Below are positions 1 to 15,630 of a stretch of DNA of 64,000 bases, in pieces; the stretch's first letter is position 1; every line of letters starts with the position of its first letter. The position numbers and the translations under genes were made by a program. The DNA is from Octopus vulgaris (lineage: Eukaryota), in contig OX597826.1 of the NCBI GenBank assembly GCA_951406725.2, positions 5,022,001 to 5,086,000 on the forward strand. Direction: 5' to 3'. The notes under the pieces are model-generated. The model was not told the origin of the DNA. It was given only the letters and a program-made list of their open reading frames with translations, and made no database searches.

Positions 1-700
1 CTCCCGCTACTCACGCGGTCCTTATTTTCTTTCTTTTCCCTTCTACGCCAATTGCAATAAAAAAAATCCACCCTCCATTTTTACTATTGACCTATTTTTA
101 CAACATCTGGCTTTTCAACCTCTCAGTTGCTTCAACTTTTTCCATGGATTATACCTGTTCATGGGACACTTCTTTGAAATCTGATAAATTCACTGGACTT
201 TTGTTTACTATTTTTGCGCATTTTCACTGAATTCTTCTATTTTCTTTCCCTCTACAGAACTTAAGCATTTCTCACTCATTTTCAAATTTTATGGCAACCT
301 TCCCTCTGTTAAAATATTTTCCCACCCTTACGTACTTTAGTCATACACATGCAGTCATCGGTGACAACCGCAACCTTGCTCTGGCCTTACCATGTAGTTC
401 ATCAATGCGTTTATTCCCTCGCTCGCATAATCTCGTCACTCGTACACATACAATCCACTCCACATTATGCCACCTTCAAAACAATTACAGTGAAACTTGC
501 ATTCATTCATTCCTTCTTCGGGTTTTTAATTCCCACGAATAGAACAGAATCTTCACCTGGTTTCTACCTGCCACTTACTTTTCTCTATTTATCTTTGATC
601 ATTTGTGTCTTTTCTTACGATGTAAGTCTAACATCCGAAACGCTAACACTCTGCATTAAACCGTCCAATCTACATAATATTTGACCAACTTTATTCTTCC
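1..700 (+). mobile_element. Possible highly decayed Penelope-like element 3' region
   Basis: Pyrimidine-rich non-microsatellite sequence with a weak 'FPRSHNLVTR' resemblance to the PLE C-terminal region, followed by a degenerate hammerhead-like motif at 605-649 (gtgt..cttacga..cgaaacgcta-acac). Confidence 0.3.
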
Positions 701-1214
701 TGTACTATCTGTACTGTATTTAGAAATAACACATATTGTGATGGAGCCTGTTGATTTTTTTGTATGAAGAGTTACATCATTGTGTTATTTGGTCAAGAGG
801 TTAGTAAACAACTTTTTTAATGCTAGAATGTCATTATTTCAACTTGTAAGCAGTGAATATCTGAGATTGGAACTTCACGCTTCATTAATCCAATTAGAAA
901 GAACAGCTTTCATTCAGCCCGTTTTCTTATTGACAAGGTATACGTTGCCATTAATTTAAGGTGCACATATAAACATTCATTATATATCGCTAATATGCAA
1001 CGTAAGACAGATGGCGTTTGATCTATGTACCTAAAATCAAAATGACAAACGAAATATGCATAAAAAAATATACGCAAATCAACGTGCTTATACACACAAG
1101 CATACATACATGTGTGCATAACGAGATGATGTGTGTCTAAGATTACACACACTCAAACACACGGGGACACACACACACACACATATATACATGTAGGAGC
1201 ACAGATCCAGCCAG

Positions 1215-1249
<35 letters not shown>

Positions 1250-1319
1250 TGTGAGAGAGAGAAAGAGATTCTAGGTCATATATACAAATAGATATAAATA
1301 ATAATATAACTATATTTTA

Positions 1320-1414
<95 letters not shown>

Positions 1415-1629
1415 CATACGTACACACACATTGGCATGTATATTTGTCTATACGAAATAATCTAAATATATTTATTATCATATAAACATACATACACATA
1501 CGCAAATACTCTCGTGTGCTGGCTGAGATACCTAATTATGTATGCATACGTGTGTTGCTCTGAAATGTTCGCAATCACGTGATTATTCGTGAGAGCGGGA
1601 GGAATAAGAAAAAGAGAGGGAGAGTGAGG

Positions 1630-1661
<32 letters not shown>

Positions 1662-2273
1662 GAGAGAGATGGGTGTTGAGAAGATGCGTGCGTATGCGTT
1701 TATCTGTATATATTTGTGTATGTGAGTATAATACATTAAAAACTGAAGAGAAGGAAATACACCGTTACAGCAGGTGCATAAACAATAATACATCTTAATG
1801 AATACAAAATAAACTTGAAAACGTCCCTGCAGATATAATGGAAAATTTGGGTGAAGCAAGACAAACAGAACTGTCAGACGTCCATGGAAGTTTTCTTTAA
1901 GGAACATCCTGTCATTACAACCAATTCACTGAGTGATATCTCCCGAAAAATCACCTGCAACCCCCGCACACTGTATATATCATGTCTTTCAATATGAATC
2001 CTTCTTTCTTTCTGGTCTGCCTTCGAATTTTCCTATCTTCTCTTGTTGATTATCACATTCTCCCGCCTTTTCCTCTCTGTTCTTTAACTAAGTACACATG
2101 CGAGAACAAAACTAGGAATCAACGATATGATATATACACATATGTTTATATGTGTGTACATACGAATGAGTAAGTGTAAGTACATATGTGTGTGTATGTA
2201 CACGTGTGTTTGTGCGTATGTACATATGTGTGTGTGTAACATGTATATATTTACGCACATAAACACACATATA

Positions 2274-2338
2274 CAGATAGATAGATATATAGATAGATTA
2301 ATAGATAGATAAATACATAGATAAACAGAGATATAGAT

Positions 2339-2433
<95 letters not shown>

Positions 2434-2470
2434 TACAGACAGACAGTTAGATAGATGGATATATATATAT

Positions 2471-2568
<98 letters not shown>

Positions 2569-2570
2569 GA
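2274..2570. repeat. (GATA)n/(GACA)n microsatellite
   Basis: Direct reading. Confidence 0.97.
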
Positions 2571-2869
2571 ATGGATTCGTGCTTGCATTTGCACACGGTT
2601 AATTCCATGTTCATGTCGCACGCTATTAACAAACCCATATAAATGCATGTATTTTATTTTTCTCTGAAAGCTACTCTCTCTATTCACACCCGTATATTCA
2701 CCAACACAAATGCAAAACACACTTAGGTATCCTAACCACATACACACTCAAGTGCGAGCATCCATGTCTGTCTTGATTTAGAGAGCTTATTGTTAAAGCG
2801 TTAAGCAAGACAGAGATTGCTGTACACACACAGATATATACATATCAGTGTTAAAATGTTTCTTAACTT

Positions 2870-2874
2870 ATCTT

Positions 2875-2956
<82 letters not shown>

Positions 2957-3040
2957 TTCTTCTTCTTCTCCTCCTCCTCCTCCTTATTCTTCTTCTTCTC
3001 TTTCTTCTTCTTCTTCTTCTTCTTCTTCTTCCTATTTCTC

Positions 3041-3093
<53 letters not shown>

Positions 3094-3130
3094 TGTTATT
3101 TATTATTATTATTATTATTGCTGCTGCTGT
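2870..3130. repeat. Compound trinucleotide microsatellite (TCT/TAT/CCT/GCT)
   Basis: Direct reading; explains the poly-S/Y/L/I ORFs. Confidence 0.97.
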
Positions 3131-3222
3131 AGTGACTTATCTCAGCTTAGATCTGACTCGTTCAGGAATGTAAACTTTTCTCTGACTAAAGCTTATTAAT
3201 GTTCTCTTTTCTTTTCATAACT

Positions 3223-3273
<51 letters not shown>

Positions 3274-3283
3274 TACAATAATG

Positions 3284-3494
3284 TTTTCAAATTTTGCCTC
3301 AAAGACAACAAATTTGAGTGAGGGGATAAGTCGATTACATAGACCCGAGTGTTCAACTGGTACTTATTTTAGCGACCCCGAAAGGATGAAAGGCAAAGTC
3401 GACCCAGGCGGAATTTGAATTCAGAACATGCAGACGGACGAAATGCCGCTAAGTATTTCGCCCGGCGTGCTAACAGTTCTGCTAGCACACCACC
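3284..3494 (-). mobile_element. tRNA-derived Deu/Nin-domain-like SINE, older-tail copy
   Basis: Reverse complement has a B-box-like GAATTCAAATTCC followed by GCCTTTCATCCTTTCGGGGTCG...AAGTACCAG; homologous to many other copies in the window. Confidence 0.85.
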
Positions 3495-3744
3495 TTATAA
3501 TAATAATAATTTCAAATTCTAAGGCTAACATATTAGGGATGGGTGCCTTGACTAGTCGATTAAAATGACCTCAGAGCTCAATTAGTACTTATTTTATCGA
3601 CCCCGAAAGGGTGAATGGCGAAGTTTAAGATGGATAACTACCTTTTCGGCTAAGCTTACTTCGCATAGGAAAGACTTGTTATTCCCCTGGTTAAACATAT
3701 TTTGTGAGATGTAATACCCCTGTACTTAGCGACATGTCTTCCAG

Positions 3745-3890
3745 CTTTGCACTCTTGGTTCAAATTCAGCTGAGGTCGACTGTATCTTTCATCGTTTTGG
3801 GCTCCATAAAATACGTACCACTGGATATGATGTAATCGACTGGTTCTTCTCCAAATTTCAGGACTTGTGCCTATATAAGAATGTTATTTC
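3745..3890 (+). mobile_element. Deu-like SINE, decayed
   Basis: ggttcaaattcagctgaggtcgactgtatctttcatcg...gtaccactg...gatgtaatcgact. Confidence 0.7.
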
Positions 3891-4666
3891 TAGCAAAAAC
3901 ACGAGTAGTAATGTCATGAATATTTTGTTATTGCAAAAGTTATATAGTCTGTATACTCGTTACTTCTTAATATTTGATTTTCTTTTCCTTTGTTTGTTAT
4001 TTTTTTCATTGTTTTTGTTTCTCCACAGTCGCCGATTTCATTTTCCTTTTCTAATTAATTATGTATTTTGTTTAGAGAAACATAATACCCACGAGGAATG
4101 TTCGCCATCAAAACCTTTATATAACACAAAAAGCTAAACCTACGTAGTACACTCAGAAATCCATTATTTACATAGTCTAAAACATATATACATACACATA
4201 TACATATATATATATCTATCAACATTTCTTTACCTTTTGTCTCGGCCGTTTGTGTGTGTCTGTGTGTTGCGTGTAAACTCATTATTCTTGTGCGTATATC
4301 TAAACAAAATCCAACATAGGTTCCCTATTCATATAATTGATTTAAAATTCGTTTATCCCTCTATTCTCCCCCTTGTATCCTTTAATATTTTTTTATAACT
4401 AGCTCATGGTATTTGTACGCTTTGTATTATCACGTTGCCATTTTATATAAACTAAACAGTGAATCCAGTTTTCAGAACATTCTTTTTACGTGAATGAAAC
4501 TTAATATACCTTGTTACTTGCTTGTTTTACACTTATTTTATATAGGGGAGCAATACTCTACGTACATACCTTTAATAAGGATTTTACTAAAAGGGTCCGT
4601 TACAAGATATAACAGTGCGTTATGTAATTGAACTTTTAACTAATACGATTATAGACCCAATATTAA

Positions 4667-5097
4667 TTTCAAATTTTGTCACGAGGCCAGCAATGTCAGA
4701 GTAGGTGGGTGTTAGTCGATTACGTCACCCCCAGCGTTCAACTGGAACTTATCTCATCAATCCCGAATGTATCTAACACAAAGTCGCGCTCGACGGAATT
4801 TGAACTCAGAACGCAAACACGGACGAAATGCCGTAAATCATTTCGCCCGGTGTGCTAATGATTCTTATTTCTTTATTGCCCACAAGGGGCTAAACATAGA
4901 GGAGACAAACGAGGACAGACATAGGTATTAAGTCGATTACATCGACCCCAGTGCGTAGCTGGTACTTAATTTGTCGACCCCGAAAGGATGAAAGGCAAAG
5001 TGGACCTCGGCAGAATTTCAACTCAGAATGTAGCGGCAGACGAAATGCCGCTAAGCATTTCGCCCGGGGCGCTAACGATTATGTCTGCTCACCGCCT
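4667..5097 (-). mobile_element. Compound Deu-like SINE: young copy (~4863-5097) fused to the head of an older-tail copy (4667-~4862)
   Basis: Two successive copies of the core; junction gctaatgattct|tatttctttattgcccacaagggg. Confidence 0.9.
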
Positions 5098-5124
5098 ACT
5101 TGTATTTCAATATTAGAACCATAA

Positions 5125-5213
5125 TTACGTTCTGAGTTCAAATTCTGCCGAGGTCGACTTTCATCCTTTCGGGGTCCATAAATTAAGAGCAATTACGTAC
5201 TTGAGTAGAGAAG
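5125..5213 (+). mobile_element. Truncated Deu-like SINE insertion with 16-bp TSD
   Basis: AATATTAGAACCATAA is directly repeated at 5109-5124 and 5214-5229 around tacgttctgagttcaaattctgccgaggtcgac... Confidence 0.85.
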
Positions 5214-5575
5214 AATATTAGAACCATAACTCAAGGGGCTTACAGAAGGATCTTAAAATATTACGCACAGATGTGTCCTCCTATAAACGAATACTTATTT
5301 TTAACATACAAGTAATTACGAGTTTAATACAGAAAACTTATATATTGTAGTCTGAGAATTATTACATTCATAATCTGAGTTAATATTAGTTTGTCAACGT
5401 ATTCTTCAGCATTTGTATAAAAATTCTATGCATCTTGAACACGGGTTTTGTTATGGGGCCAAGTTTTACTTTCTGTAACTTGTCTCCATTTCATAAGCTG
5501 AAGTCTGTATTGTGATGTATTTTGATTTGTGTCTTGAGAGAATACTGAATTTCTGACACACACACACTTACACAC

Positions 5576-5655
<80 letters not shown>

Positions 5656-5791
5656 GCTCTCTCTCACATTCGTGAATACACGCTTATACACACACACATA
5701 CACACATATATATGTGCACATGCTTATATATACATTTAATTATATAATGATATATATGTACATATACAAAATATGTATATCTATTCATAAA

Positions 5792-5825
<34 letters not shown>

Positions 5826-5857
5826 CATGTATATATTTTTATAAATATATGTGTGTG

Positions 5858-5896
<39 letters not shown>

Positions 5897-6503
5897 TTGT
5901 ATAAGTATATGTGCGTGTATATATGTACATATATATGTGTGTTTATATATATATATCTGTACACAAACACACACATATATATGATCATAACAATGAAATG
6001 TACGAAACTAAAAAAACAAACAAATCATTTAATCAAAATCAAAATAATAAACAAAATATCAATGTCAGTAGAAAAATTAGAATAAACAGACGAGATAGAG
6101 AGATAGATAGAGAGAGAGAGAGATAGAGAGAAAGAGGAGAGGTAAGTGGGAGGAGTGAGTTGAAAGAGAGTAGAATAATGAAGGCAACCTTCCAGAGATT
6201 CTTTGAAAAAACTCAAGGATGAAAAAATATCAAAAAATTTTTTCATGACCTTCTATGATTATAAGTAAAATTCTTCTAGGGTTTGGCATATTTTTCAAGA
6301 ACGAATAATGAAAAGAAGAGAAAAAAGAAACTGCTTAAACTAGAGAGCTGTTATGTGTGTTTGCATATGTATACATACGTAGGTATGAGTATATACGTAC
6401 ATAATGTACACACATATGAGTATGAATATATATATGTATATATATATATATGAACACACACACACACATATATGGTGTGTATATGTATATATATAATAGT
6501 ATT

Positions 6504-6558
<55 letters not shown>

Positions 6559-6746
6559 TTGTATTTATGTCTGTATATGAAGAGAAAGAGAGGCAGATTT
6601 AGACGTATGCATGTGTATGAATATATGGATATCTATAATTTGTCAGCGTGCATCCACACTCACACAAATATGCATTGTGTGTTTATATGCTTATTAATAA
6701 TATACAAGATTTATATAATGATGGAGCAAAAAAATAAGTAGAGAAA

Positions 6747-6791
<45 letters not shown>

Positions 6792-7396
6792 CCTATGAAT
6801 GTGTATGTATATCTATATATGAGAGAGCGAGGTGGGGTGAGAAAAGAAAGAGAGAGATCATATATATGTACATGGAGAGATGAGAAATGAGAACTTGCTA
6901 TGACCTTTATCGAATGCCTGTTGCTTTGGTGGGATACTTCGACATAAGATAAACGTATCTTGGCATCTTTAAAATTTTCCTTCCAATAGTTGACAGATCA
7001 AAAGAAACGTTTCACATCTGATGTGAATGATATTTCCATACGTTCATATTTTCAGATTCATCCAGAAAGATATTCTGAACTATTCAGTTGCATACGCTTT
7101 ATGACAAAAGGTTTATTACGTATGCTTTATTCTTGTTTTACGTACTCTTACACATTCTGTGTATATGTTTTTCACACGTTTTCATATAGCACACGTTATT
7201 TATTACTCTCGTAAGCCTGAACGTTGTAAACAACATTATTCCAGCGTATGGTTACATGTTGTATATATGGATATGTTGACGTTGCCGCTCACAATATCCG
7301 ATATTATCTACGTAAGTATTATGTGATACGTATTATTTCAACGCGCGTACTCGAACCTTTCATCGATTCCATATTTCGTCTCACAGTACATATTAG

Positions 7397-7742
7397 TTTC
7401 AAATTTTGGTACAAGGCCAGCAAAGTCGACCTCGGCGGAATTTTGGTACAAGGTCGGCAAAGTCGGCCTCGGTGAAATTTGAACTCAGAACGTAGCGGTA
7501 GACGTAATACCTATTTCTTTACTACCCACAAGGGGCTAAACACAGAGGGGACAAACAAGGACAGACAAACAGATTAAGTCGATTACATCGACCCCAGTGC
7601 GTAACTGGTACTTAATTTATCGACCCCGAAAGGATGAAAGGCAAAGTCGACATCGGCGGAATTTGAACTCAGAACGCAGCGGCAGACGAAATACCGCTTA
7701 GCATTTCGGCCGGCGTACCAATGTTTCTGCCAGCTCGCCGCC
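7397..7742 (-). mobile_element. Compound Deu-like SINE (young full copy fused to an older copy's head)
   Basis: The minus strand has the head GGCGGCGAGCTGGCAGAAAC, a B-box and the core; junction at ~7510 gtaatacc|tatttctttactaccc. Confidence 0.9.
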
Positions 7743-8005
7743 TTTTCCATGAAATATATTGGCATATGAATAAGCATAGACAGATAAATCAAATATTACT
7801 AACACCAAATGAGTAATTCATATATTTGTTTTGACTGCAACTAGTAACGTCGAATTCTCGCTCACATATGAGTGTATATAAATGGTAATTTTTTATTTTA
7901 GTGTCTATAAAAATATATTGAAGAATGAAAAACACTTGGAAGATAAATTTTAAACGAAATGTTTATAAGCAAAGGAAATTCGTCATTTTACTTGATACAA
8001 ACCCA

Positions 8006-8049
<44 letters not shown>

Positions 8050-8488
8050 ATCGATATTTATATCCTAAAACCATTAATGTGCCAATAGAAACGACAGAAG
8101 ACTTCTTCGTGTAGTGTTGTAAACTATTATTAGGGTAGAGCCCGTCCTTCCGCAAGCTTCACAACAGAGGAGTGAATTCAGTTATTGCAAAATGAGGATA
8201 CACGCACATCTTATGGCAGAACTAGTTCCAGCTACATCCTATCTCTTTCTACGTCCATGGAATGAGTTAATGGAGAACTTTTTGGTCATAAACGCTTGAA
8301 TGCAGTGGAGGTGATAAGACAAGTTATTCCTTTATTGCAGTTTATTCTAAGTTATCCTACGTTCTGCATTATCTTACGTAGCCTCGAGCTTATTGTTAAG
8401 TGGATAATAACGTAAGTTAAATTACTTCCACCATGAGATTATGTACAGAAACAGAGTATATGTGATATCAGAGAAGATCTCCCTCCCA

Positions 8489-8536
<48 letters not shown>

Positions 8537-9317
8537 ACACTTATCTCGGCAAATAATAGGCATATACACACGAACGTAGCTATAATGCACATATATACAT
8601 AAGGGCGTACACACCTACATACATATATACATGTGTATACACATAATCCTTGGACTTCCTTACAGTTTCTGAGCTCTAAATTCCACAAGAGAAGGCAGTT
8701 TTTAAAGTGGAATTTTTTGATGGAAAATGCCAATCCAATGTGCCAAACAGTTAAATAAAACCCAAGAGAATGTGACAGTGAAGCAAACTTGTTAACCATT
8801 CAGGCATTCCATTTCTCTGCTAATTAAAAATCAAAACAAACAAAACCCTAATCAAATTAAAGCTGGCTTCCTGTACAGAAAATAATCTACATTTACATTA
8901 CTGTCAAACAATGGAAGGTTAATGTTTTATCAATATACACACACACACACACACACACTAAGTAGACAAGATGAGAGTCAGTGTGTGGAACAACGCAATA
9001 ACAAGTACACGATATTTAAAAAAAAATAATAATAAAAAAGGTAAATATATTTACCTTATAACATCCCTACTCATCTGTGTTACAGGTTTTACGATTCAAA
9101 TACATGCTAATGCTAAAACAAGCTTAATCCACTTACATTGCAACGAAGCAAATAATGCAAGTCCAAGATGCGCATCAAAATTAATTTCTTCAGCAAAGAA
9201 TGTTTTTTTGTCCTTTTTTCTTTTTATTTCTTTCCTCTGTTCCGGTTCGTTTCTTAATCTTTTGTTTCGTTTATTAGAGCGAAAGAAGAAAAAAAAAAAG
9301 AAGGTCGGAAACGTAAA

Positions 9318-9323
9318 ATAATG

Positions 9324-9378
<55 letters not shown>

Positions 9379-9635
9379 TAATAATAATAACTAATAATAA
9401 TAATAATAATAATAATAATAAGAGCTACAACGACAACTACAACAACAACAACAACAACAATAATAATAATAAAAATAGCCACAACGACAACAATAATAAT
9501 AATAAAAATAGCTACAACGACAACAACAGAAACAACAACAACAACAATAATGATGATGATGATGAATAACAATGATGATGATGATGATGATGATAATAAT
9601 AATAGTAATAGGAACAACAACAACAGCAACAACGA
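9318..9635. repeat. Compound (AAT)/(AAC)/(GAT) microsatellite
   Basis: Direct reading. Confidence 0.95.
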
Positions 9636-9888
9636 GAAAATAACAAAAGCAGAACTAACAAGCCATTTATTCGTCTGTTTTAGGATCTGACGGACCCTGC
9701 TTCCTTTCCAAGTTGCAAACTATAATCCAGTTTAGTCATAACAGACAAACAGATAATATAGACGCCATGTTTTTATACATGTACCAACAAGATAGGTTGT
9801 TGATTCCACATACGCTACACACGCATACTCAAAGAAAAGTACATAAATACATACACCCATACATACAAATAGATAGATAGATACATAT

Positions 9889-9941
<53 letters not shown>

Positions 9942-11215
9942 GGGAAGATAGATAGATAGATAAAGGATAAATAGATAGATAGATAGCTAGATTGATAGAT
10001 AGATAGATAGATAGATAGATGGATGGATGGATGGATAGATAGACAGACAGATAATGGATAGATAGACAGATAGATAGATAGAATGACAGATAGCTAGATA
10101 GAAGCATGGATGGATGGATGGATATTTAAACTTTGATTTTGGAGTTAGAAAGTCTTAGTTCAATTTAGTGCTGTTTAAATACCGAATAGAAATATGGATT
10201 AAGTTAAATCCTTCGGAGCATTTAGCTGGTCATTCTCATCTTTTGAACATGTCGTCTCCTTATCCCAAACATAATTTATTCATTATTGCTATAAGATATA
10301 CAAGATACAGTAAACTTTGGCTGATATATTCTGACTCATACAGACTGAGTTCTTGTCATCTAAATAACAACGTAACGTTGACCGCCCACAGAAAAGCATG
10401 TAAAATTATAAAATTAATAATAATACGAACAATATTGGGCTATCGGTCATGACCGAAAAACTTACTCATCGTATAATAATATGTCACAGGAAAAACCCTT
10501 AATTAGAGTTATGTCTTGACGAAGACTTAGTCATCGAATACTGTGCCAAGACTAATTCCTTCTCAAACCTACTGATTATGGTCAGGAAACACGATTAGAT
10601 AGTAGTGCTCTCATACGTATTAGCATGAGTTAAGAAAAATGTCTTGAAACAGTCTAAATTATGAAAGATACTAGTAGTAACAAACTAACGTCTGAGGAAG
10701 GACGCTTAAAGCTTTTAACTAAATCAAAATCAGGTAAGATAACTTAAATAAGATCAGTCGATTGAAACAGACGTGGACTAAACGAAATGAACTTGTACGA
10801 CTACTCGTCTTGCTAAATAATTATCACTCTACTACGGTTGCTATACACATATGCAAGAGCATTTTCCCTGATTGTTAACAGCATCAGTATATAATCACAA
10901 TATAATCTTCATATTTTTGCAGATGGAATAGCAGGCGGCTAATAAGACTATATATTTCAATCACGTGTGCGGTATCTTACTTAGAATTTCAAAAGCAGAC
11001 AAAAATAATATATAAAAACAAAAACAAAAACCAAATAAAAAAGTAATAGTATCGCGTTTGCTGAAAACTGTCTTTAAATTTATTTGCGTCACGTTTTCAT
11101 TTAATAACATAATATGGCGAATTTAACTTCATGTTAGGTTTTATGTATTTCCGGCAACCTTCTAGTATAATAACTACTGCAAGTCACTCGCTAATAGTTT
11201 CTCGTTTTAGTGGAA

Positions 11216-11259
<44 letters not shown>

Positions 11260-11350
11260 TATATTTATATTTATGTAATTCATATATATATATTTATATC
11301 TATATCTATATATATATATATATATATAATATTATATATTTATATTTATG

Positions 11351-11432
<82 letters not shown>

Positions 11433-12325
11433 GGTATGTATGTATATATATATATATTATACTATATTCACTCAGCAATTATTTGAAGATAAATAAATTG
11501 AAAATATGTAATGGAAATCTCATTATCAGAGTGGGCTTGCTGAGCGTTAGGTTCAACACCAACGCCATCACATCATTACCAGTAGCAAAAATTATCAACA
11601 TACTTGAGACAAAAGATATGGTCGACTATAAGTCGTACGACCTTCTAGAAATAACAGCCAAATCTCACTCATATAACACCTTATCCTTTTAAGAAAATTC
11701 GATACAGGATGCAAGTTACCTTAAATTAAACAACTGGTCGATCATGGATGGAACATTGATTATCAAAGTTCAGCTCAATAATCAATTTTTATACTTGTTC
11801 CTTATGTTTTGTCTGTATTTTTACAATCATCATCATTGTCATCGTGTCCAATGTCGTCGTCACTTGGATCTTTAACACCTAGATCCTCTTTACCACCATC
11901 GCCATTGCCATCTTTGTCTTGAGTTTAAAATGTGGTGATGGCTGAAGTGGGGTTAGTGGTAGTGTTGTACGATGATGACGATGGCCAAATTGAAGTTACT
12001 AACTGAGAAATAAAACACAAATAAATACTATAATACTGCATGGTTTGTGTGTATATGTGTATATATGTGTGTAAATGCGCGTATATGCATGTGCGCACCC
12101 GCGTGTGTGAGAGAGAGATGAGAGAGAGAGAGAGAGATAGAGAGAGAGTGATAGAGAGAGAATTAAATGATGGAACCTTCTGATTTAACATTTCCTCATA
12201 TTATGTCAAAACGACGAAGCTGTCTATCAGAAGGGTTGCTATACCGCCAATTAGTGGTGAATGCGTTAACAATATTTATAAGATCCGATATATATATATG
12301 CATTGCATATTTTATTCAATATGTA

Positions 12326-12357
<32 letters not shown>

Positions 12358-12391
12358 CAACTGCATATCTATTAACTTTATATATATATGT

Positions 12392-12435
<44 letters not shown>

Positions 12436-12986
12436 GTATATATGTGTTTGTGTTGCAGTTTTTTTTTTTTCGAAGTGTTAAAGTACATTACCCTCCAAGG
12501 ATCATCCAATTAGTACTATTGTCATTGGTTGTTGAAATCTATGAACGATTTAAATTCTTGAGATTTCATCCTAAACATTCTCTAGTTAAAAGTATTATGA
12601 AGTTTTTTTTTTTTTTACCTCCTCAACGTCATGTTTGAGACGTGGAAGATTTTTTTAAGGGTAATCCGTTTGAAAGAATAAGGAATCAATAGGAAGAGTC
12701 GTATATAATACGGATTGTAAGGAATGCGTTGGTGTATATATATGTGTGTACATACAGGCAATCTGTGTATTTTGTTGTGCGTGTATGCGTACATATGTGT
12801 CTATGCATTGATTTGCGCGTGCGTATTTATTACACTACTTAATATATGTATTTTCATTCAATAGTATTTGTGGGAAATGACACATATTTTGAAGTGGTTT
12901 TGAGAAAATATTATTAAATTTTTCAAGAGAATACTACGTACATTAACACAAAGTTATGCTTCTATTACTGTAATAGTCGTGGTTGG

Positions 12987-13110
<124 letters not shown>

Positions 13111-13119
13111 CTTCTGCTC

Positions 13120-13450
13120 AAGGCTTGAATTTTGATGGGAGAAGACTAGCCGTTTCACTGGTACTTAATTTATCGACTCCGAAAGGATGAAACGTAAAGT
13201 CGATCTCGGTGGAAGTTGAACTTAGGACGTAACAGCAGACGAAATATTCTTTTCTAATATAGGCACAAGGCCTGACATTTGGGGGAAGGTTATAGTCGAT
13301 TACTTCGATCCCAGTGTTTCACTGGTACTTAATTTATCGACCCCCGAAAGATGACAGGATAAAAAATCAACCTCTGCAGAATTTTTAACCCAGAACGTAA
13401 GGTCGGACGATGTGTTTCTAAGTATTTTGGTCGGCGTGCTGATGATTCTA
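13120..13450 (-). mobile_element. Compound Deu-like SINE with a different tail subfamily
   Basis: Two core copies; junction gacgaaata|ttcttttctaatataggcacaaggcc at 13246/13247. Confidence 0.8.
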
Positions 13451-13649
13451 AGTCCTAATTCTAGAATATCAGAACTTTAGCATAAACTTGACCACAATAT
13501 CTGCAACGGCCAAAAAGATTTTGCAGTTTCGAGTATATTTTACCTGTTCATGTTCTTTCCTTTTTAATTCTCCTTGTAATCTTTTAAGTCACCAAAATGC
13601 AATGCTCTCCTTTTATTTATCTAAATTCATTATATTTCTTTCGTTGCAG

Positions 13650-13758
13650 ATACATGATTTCTACGCCAGCGAAGGCTTATTAGCAATGTCAATCGATGCC
13701 AGTTGTCAAGGCCCGCAGTCGCCTCAAGTTGGACCATTTACTATGGAGTTACAGCGAA
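13650..13758 (+). CDS. Internal coding exon (109 nt, phase 0 to 1) of a Cys-patterned protein, resembling the C-terminus of a DUF7042-like repeat
   Basis: Acceptor tatatttctttcgttgcag| and donor |gtaagt. Only one frame is open: IHDFYASEGLLAMSIDASCQGPQSPQVGPFTMELQR. Ends with one spare base (A), matching the phase of the next exon. The family call is from recalled similarity to an 'SxDAxCxGxxSPxxGxxTMxL' pattern. Confidence 0.75.
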
Positions 13759-15492
13759 GTAAGTGATGTCGGGTTATATCCATTTTATTACTGGCTTCAA
13801 AAACTTCAGGCTACATGCATACATGTGTATATATATTCATATACACGGATGTATGTAGATTTGTGAATATTAAGTCTTCTGCTGTTAATCCTGTAGCCAG
13901 AATACCCAGTTTCATGTTCGGCTACCCTCCAATAAACGGAAAATTATAGTCTAGAGTTTAGCTCCTCTTTAAACCATTCTTTGGCTATTATCTACAATAC
14001 ACCGAACGTCTGTTCACTGATGTCTACATCACAATGTCACGTGTACCGGTAAAAATTTTCATCAAAATATGTCACATAGCGTAGCTATGAACATCTAAGA
14101 GATAAACAGGGGTGTTGAAAGGTGCAAGTAATTATCAGATTTCAAGGCATGAAACACCTTGTTATTTTTTTTCCAGAAAAATTTCTAACCTCTTGCTTTC
14201 GTACATATACTTAGCATCAGACGTTACATTTCCTGATAGAATATGATATAGACTTTAACTAATGAAATCATGTATATAAACACATATACACAGGTATGTA
14301 TATATATATATGCACATACGTATATTGCTTATATTTTGAGGTACGTGTGAGTGTGGTGTGTAATTAAATTCGTCGGAGAAAAAAAGGTTAACGCGAAAGG
14401 GAAATTAATATTAACACGGTAAAATTCAATCTAGGATGAAAAAAAAAATTATATTTTCTTATTTGGTTCTTATAGTTATCAAAAACTAACAATATGATTT
14501 GATAAAATAATTTATAAAATAAAGTGAACGTATTATGAAAGAAAAAAAAATGATGTGATTAGCTATATATAAGAATTTTAATTTCCTTTGTATTTAATGA
14601 GGTTGAAAAAAAGCTTAGGAAATACAGATGCACATAGGGTATTGAAAAGTATACTGAATATGATAGGGAGATATAAGAGAGACAGTGGCGAGAGAAGGAA
14701 GAAAGAGAGAGAGAGACGATAAGAAAGTGAGTGATAAAGAGAGTCTGAGGATAGTATGGGGGTGAATTAATTAAAAATGGTAAAACACGTATATAGTAAG
14801 GTTTAGGAGTATATATTATATATAAATGTATAAGTATACGTAAATAATATACTTATCTTTCGCTTGTTATTTTCATAACAATTGTGTCTCTTTCTTAAAG
14901 TCATTTTCTTTCCTGCGCGCTCTCTCTCTCTATCTCTGTATCTCCTTCACTCTTTATATATATATATATATATGAATATATATATATATATATACATACA
15001 TGTATATATATATATATATATATTCATATATATATAAACGCACTCACATGTACTCATACAGCTACAAACACACATTTATATGACACACAGGGAAACTAAT
15101 ACATCTACAGGTGAGTGTGTGTGTGTGTGTATACATATATATGTATATAAATGAGAAAGAGACAGAGTCAGAGATGCAGAGAGACATAGATAGAGACGGA
15201 TAGACAAATGACTTATGCGCAAAGTGCCAGCTACATTTAATGGACAGGTTGACCAAAATGATCAAATAATGCAACAAATGCATAGTATATAGACGCTAGT
15301 CTCCTGGAATCTGATCAATATTTAATTAGGTCTTGCATATTTCTGAGGTCAATCAAGGTCCTTGGCATATGTGGTCGGACTTGCTCTGTTACTTGCTAAT
15401 ATTCTCTGTTTTACGCACACTCACACACAAGCATTATTACATTCATTTTTATATCTCCGACTCACTCCACTCTCTCGACATCTATTGCCCCT

Positions 15493-15527
<35 letters not shown>

Positions 15528-15593
15528 CGTTCATACTATCTCTCTTTCATCTTCAGCTTTTAATAATACTGCATATAGTTTTTCTCTGTAACA

Positions 15594-15630
<37 letters not shown>

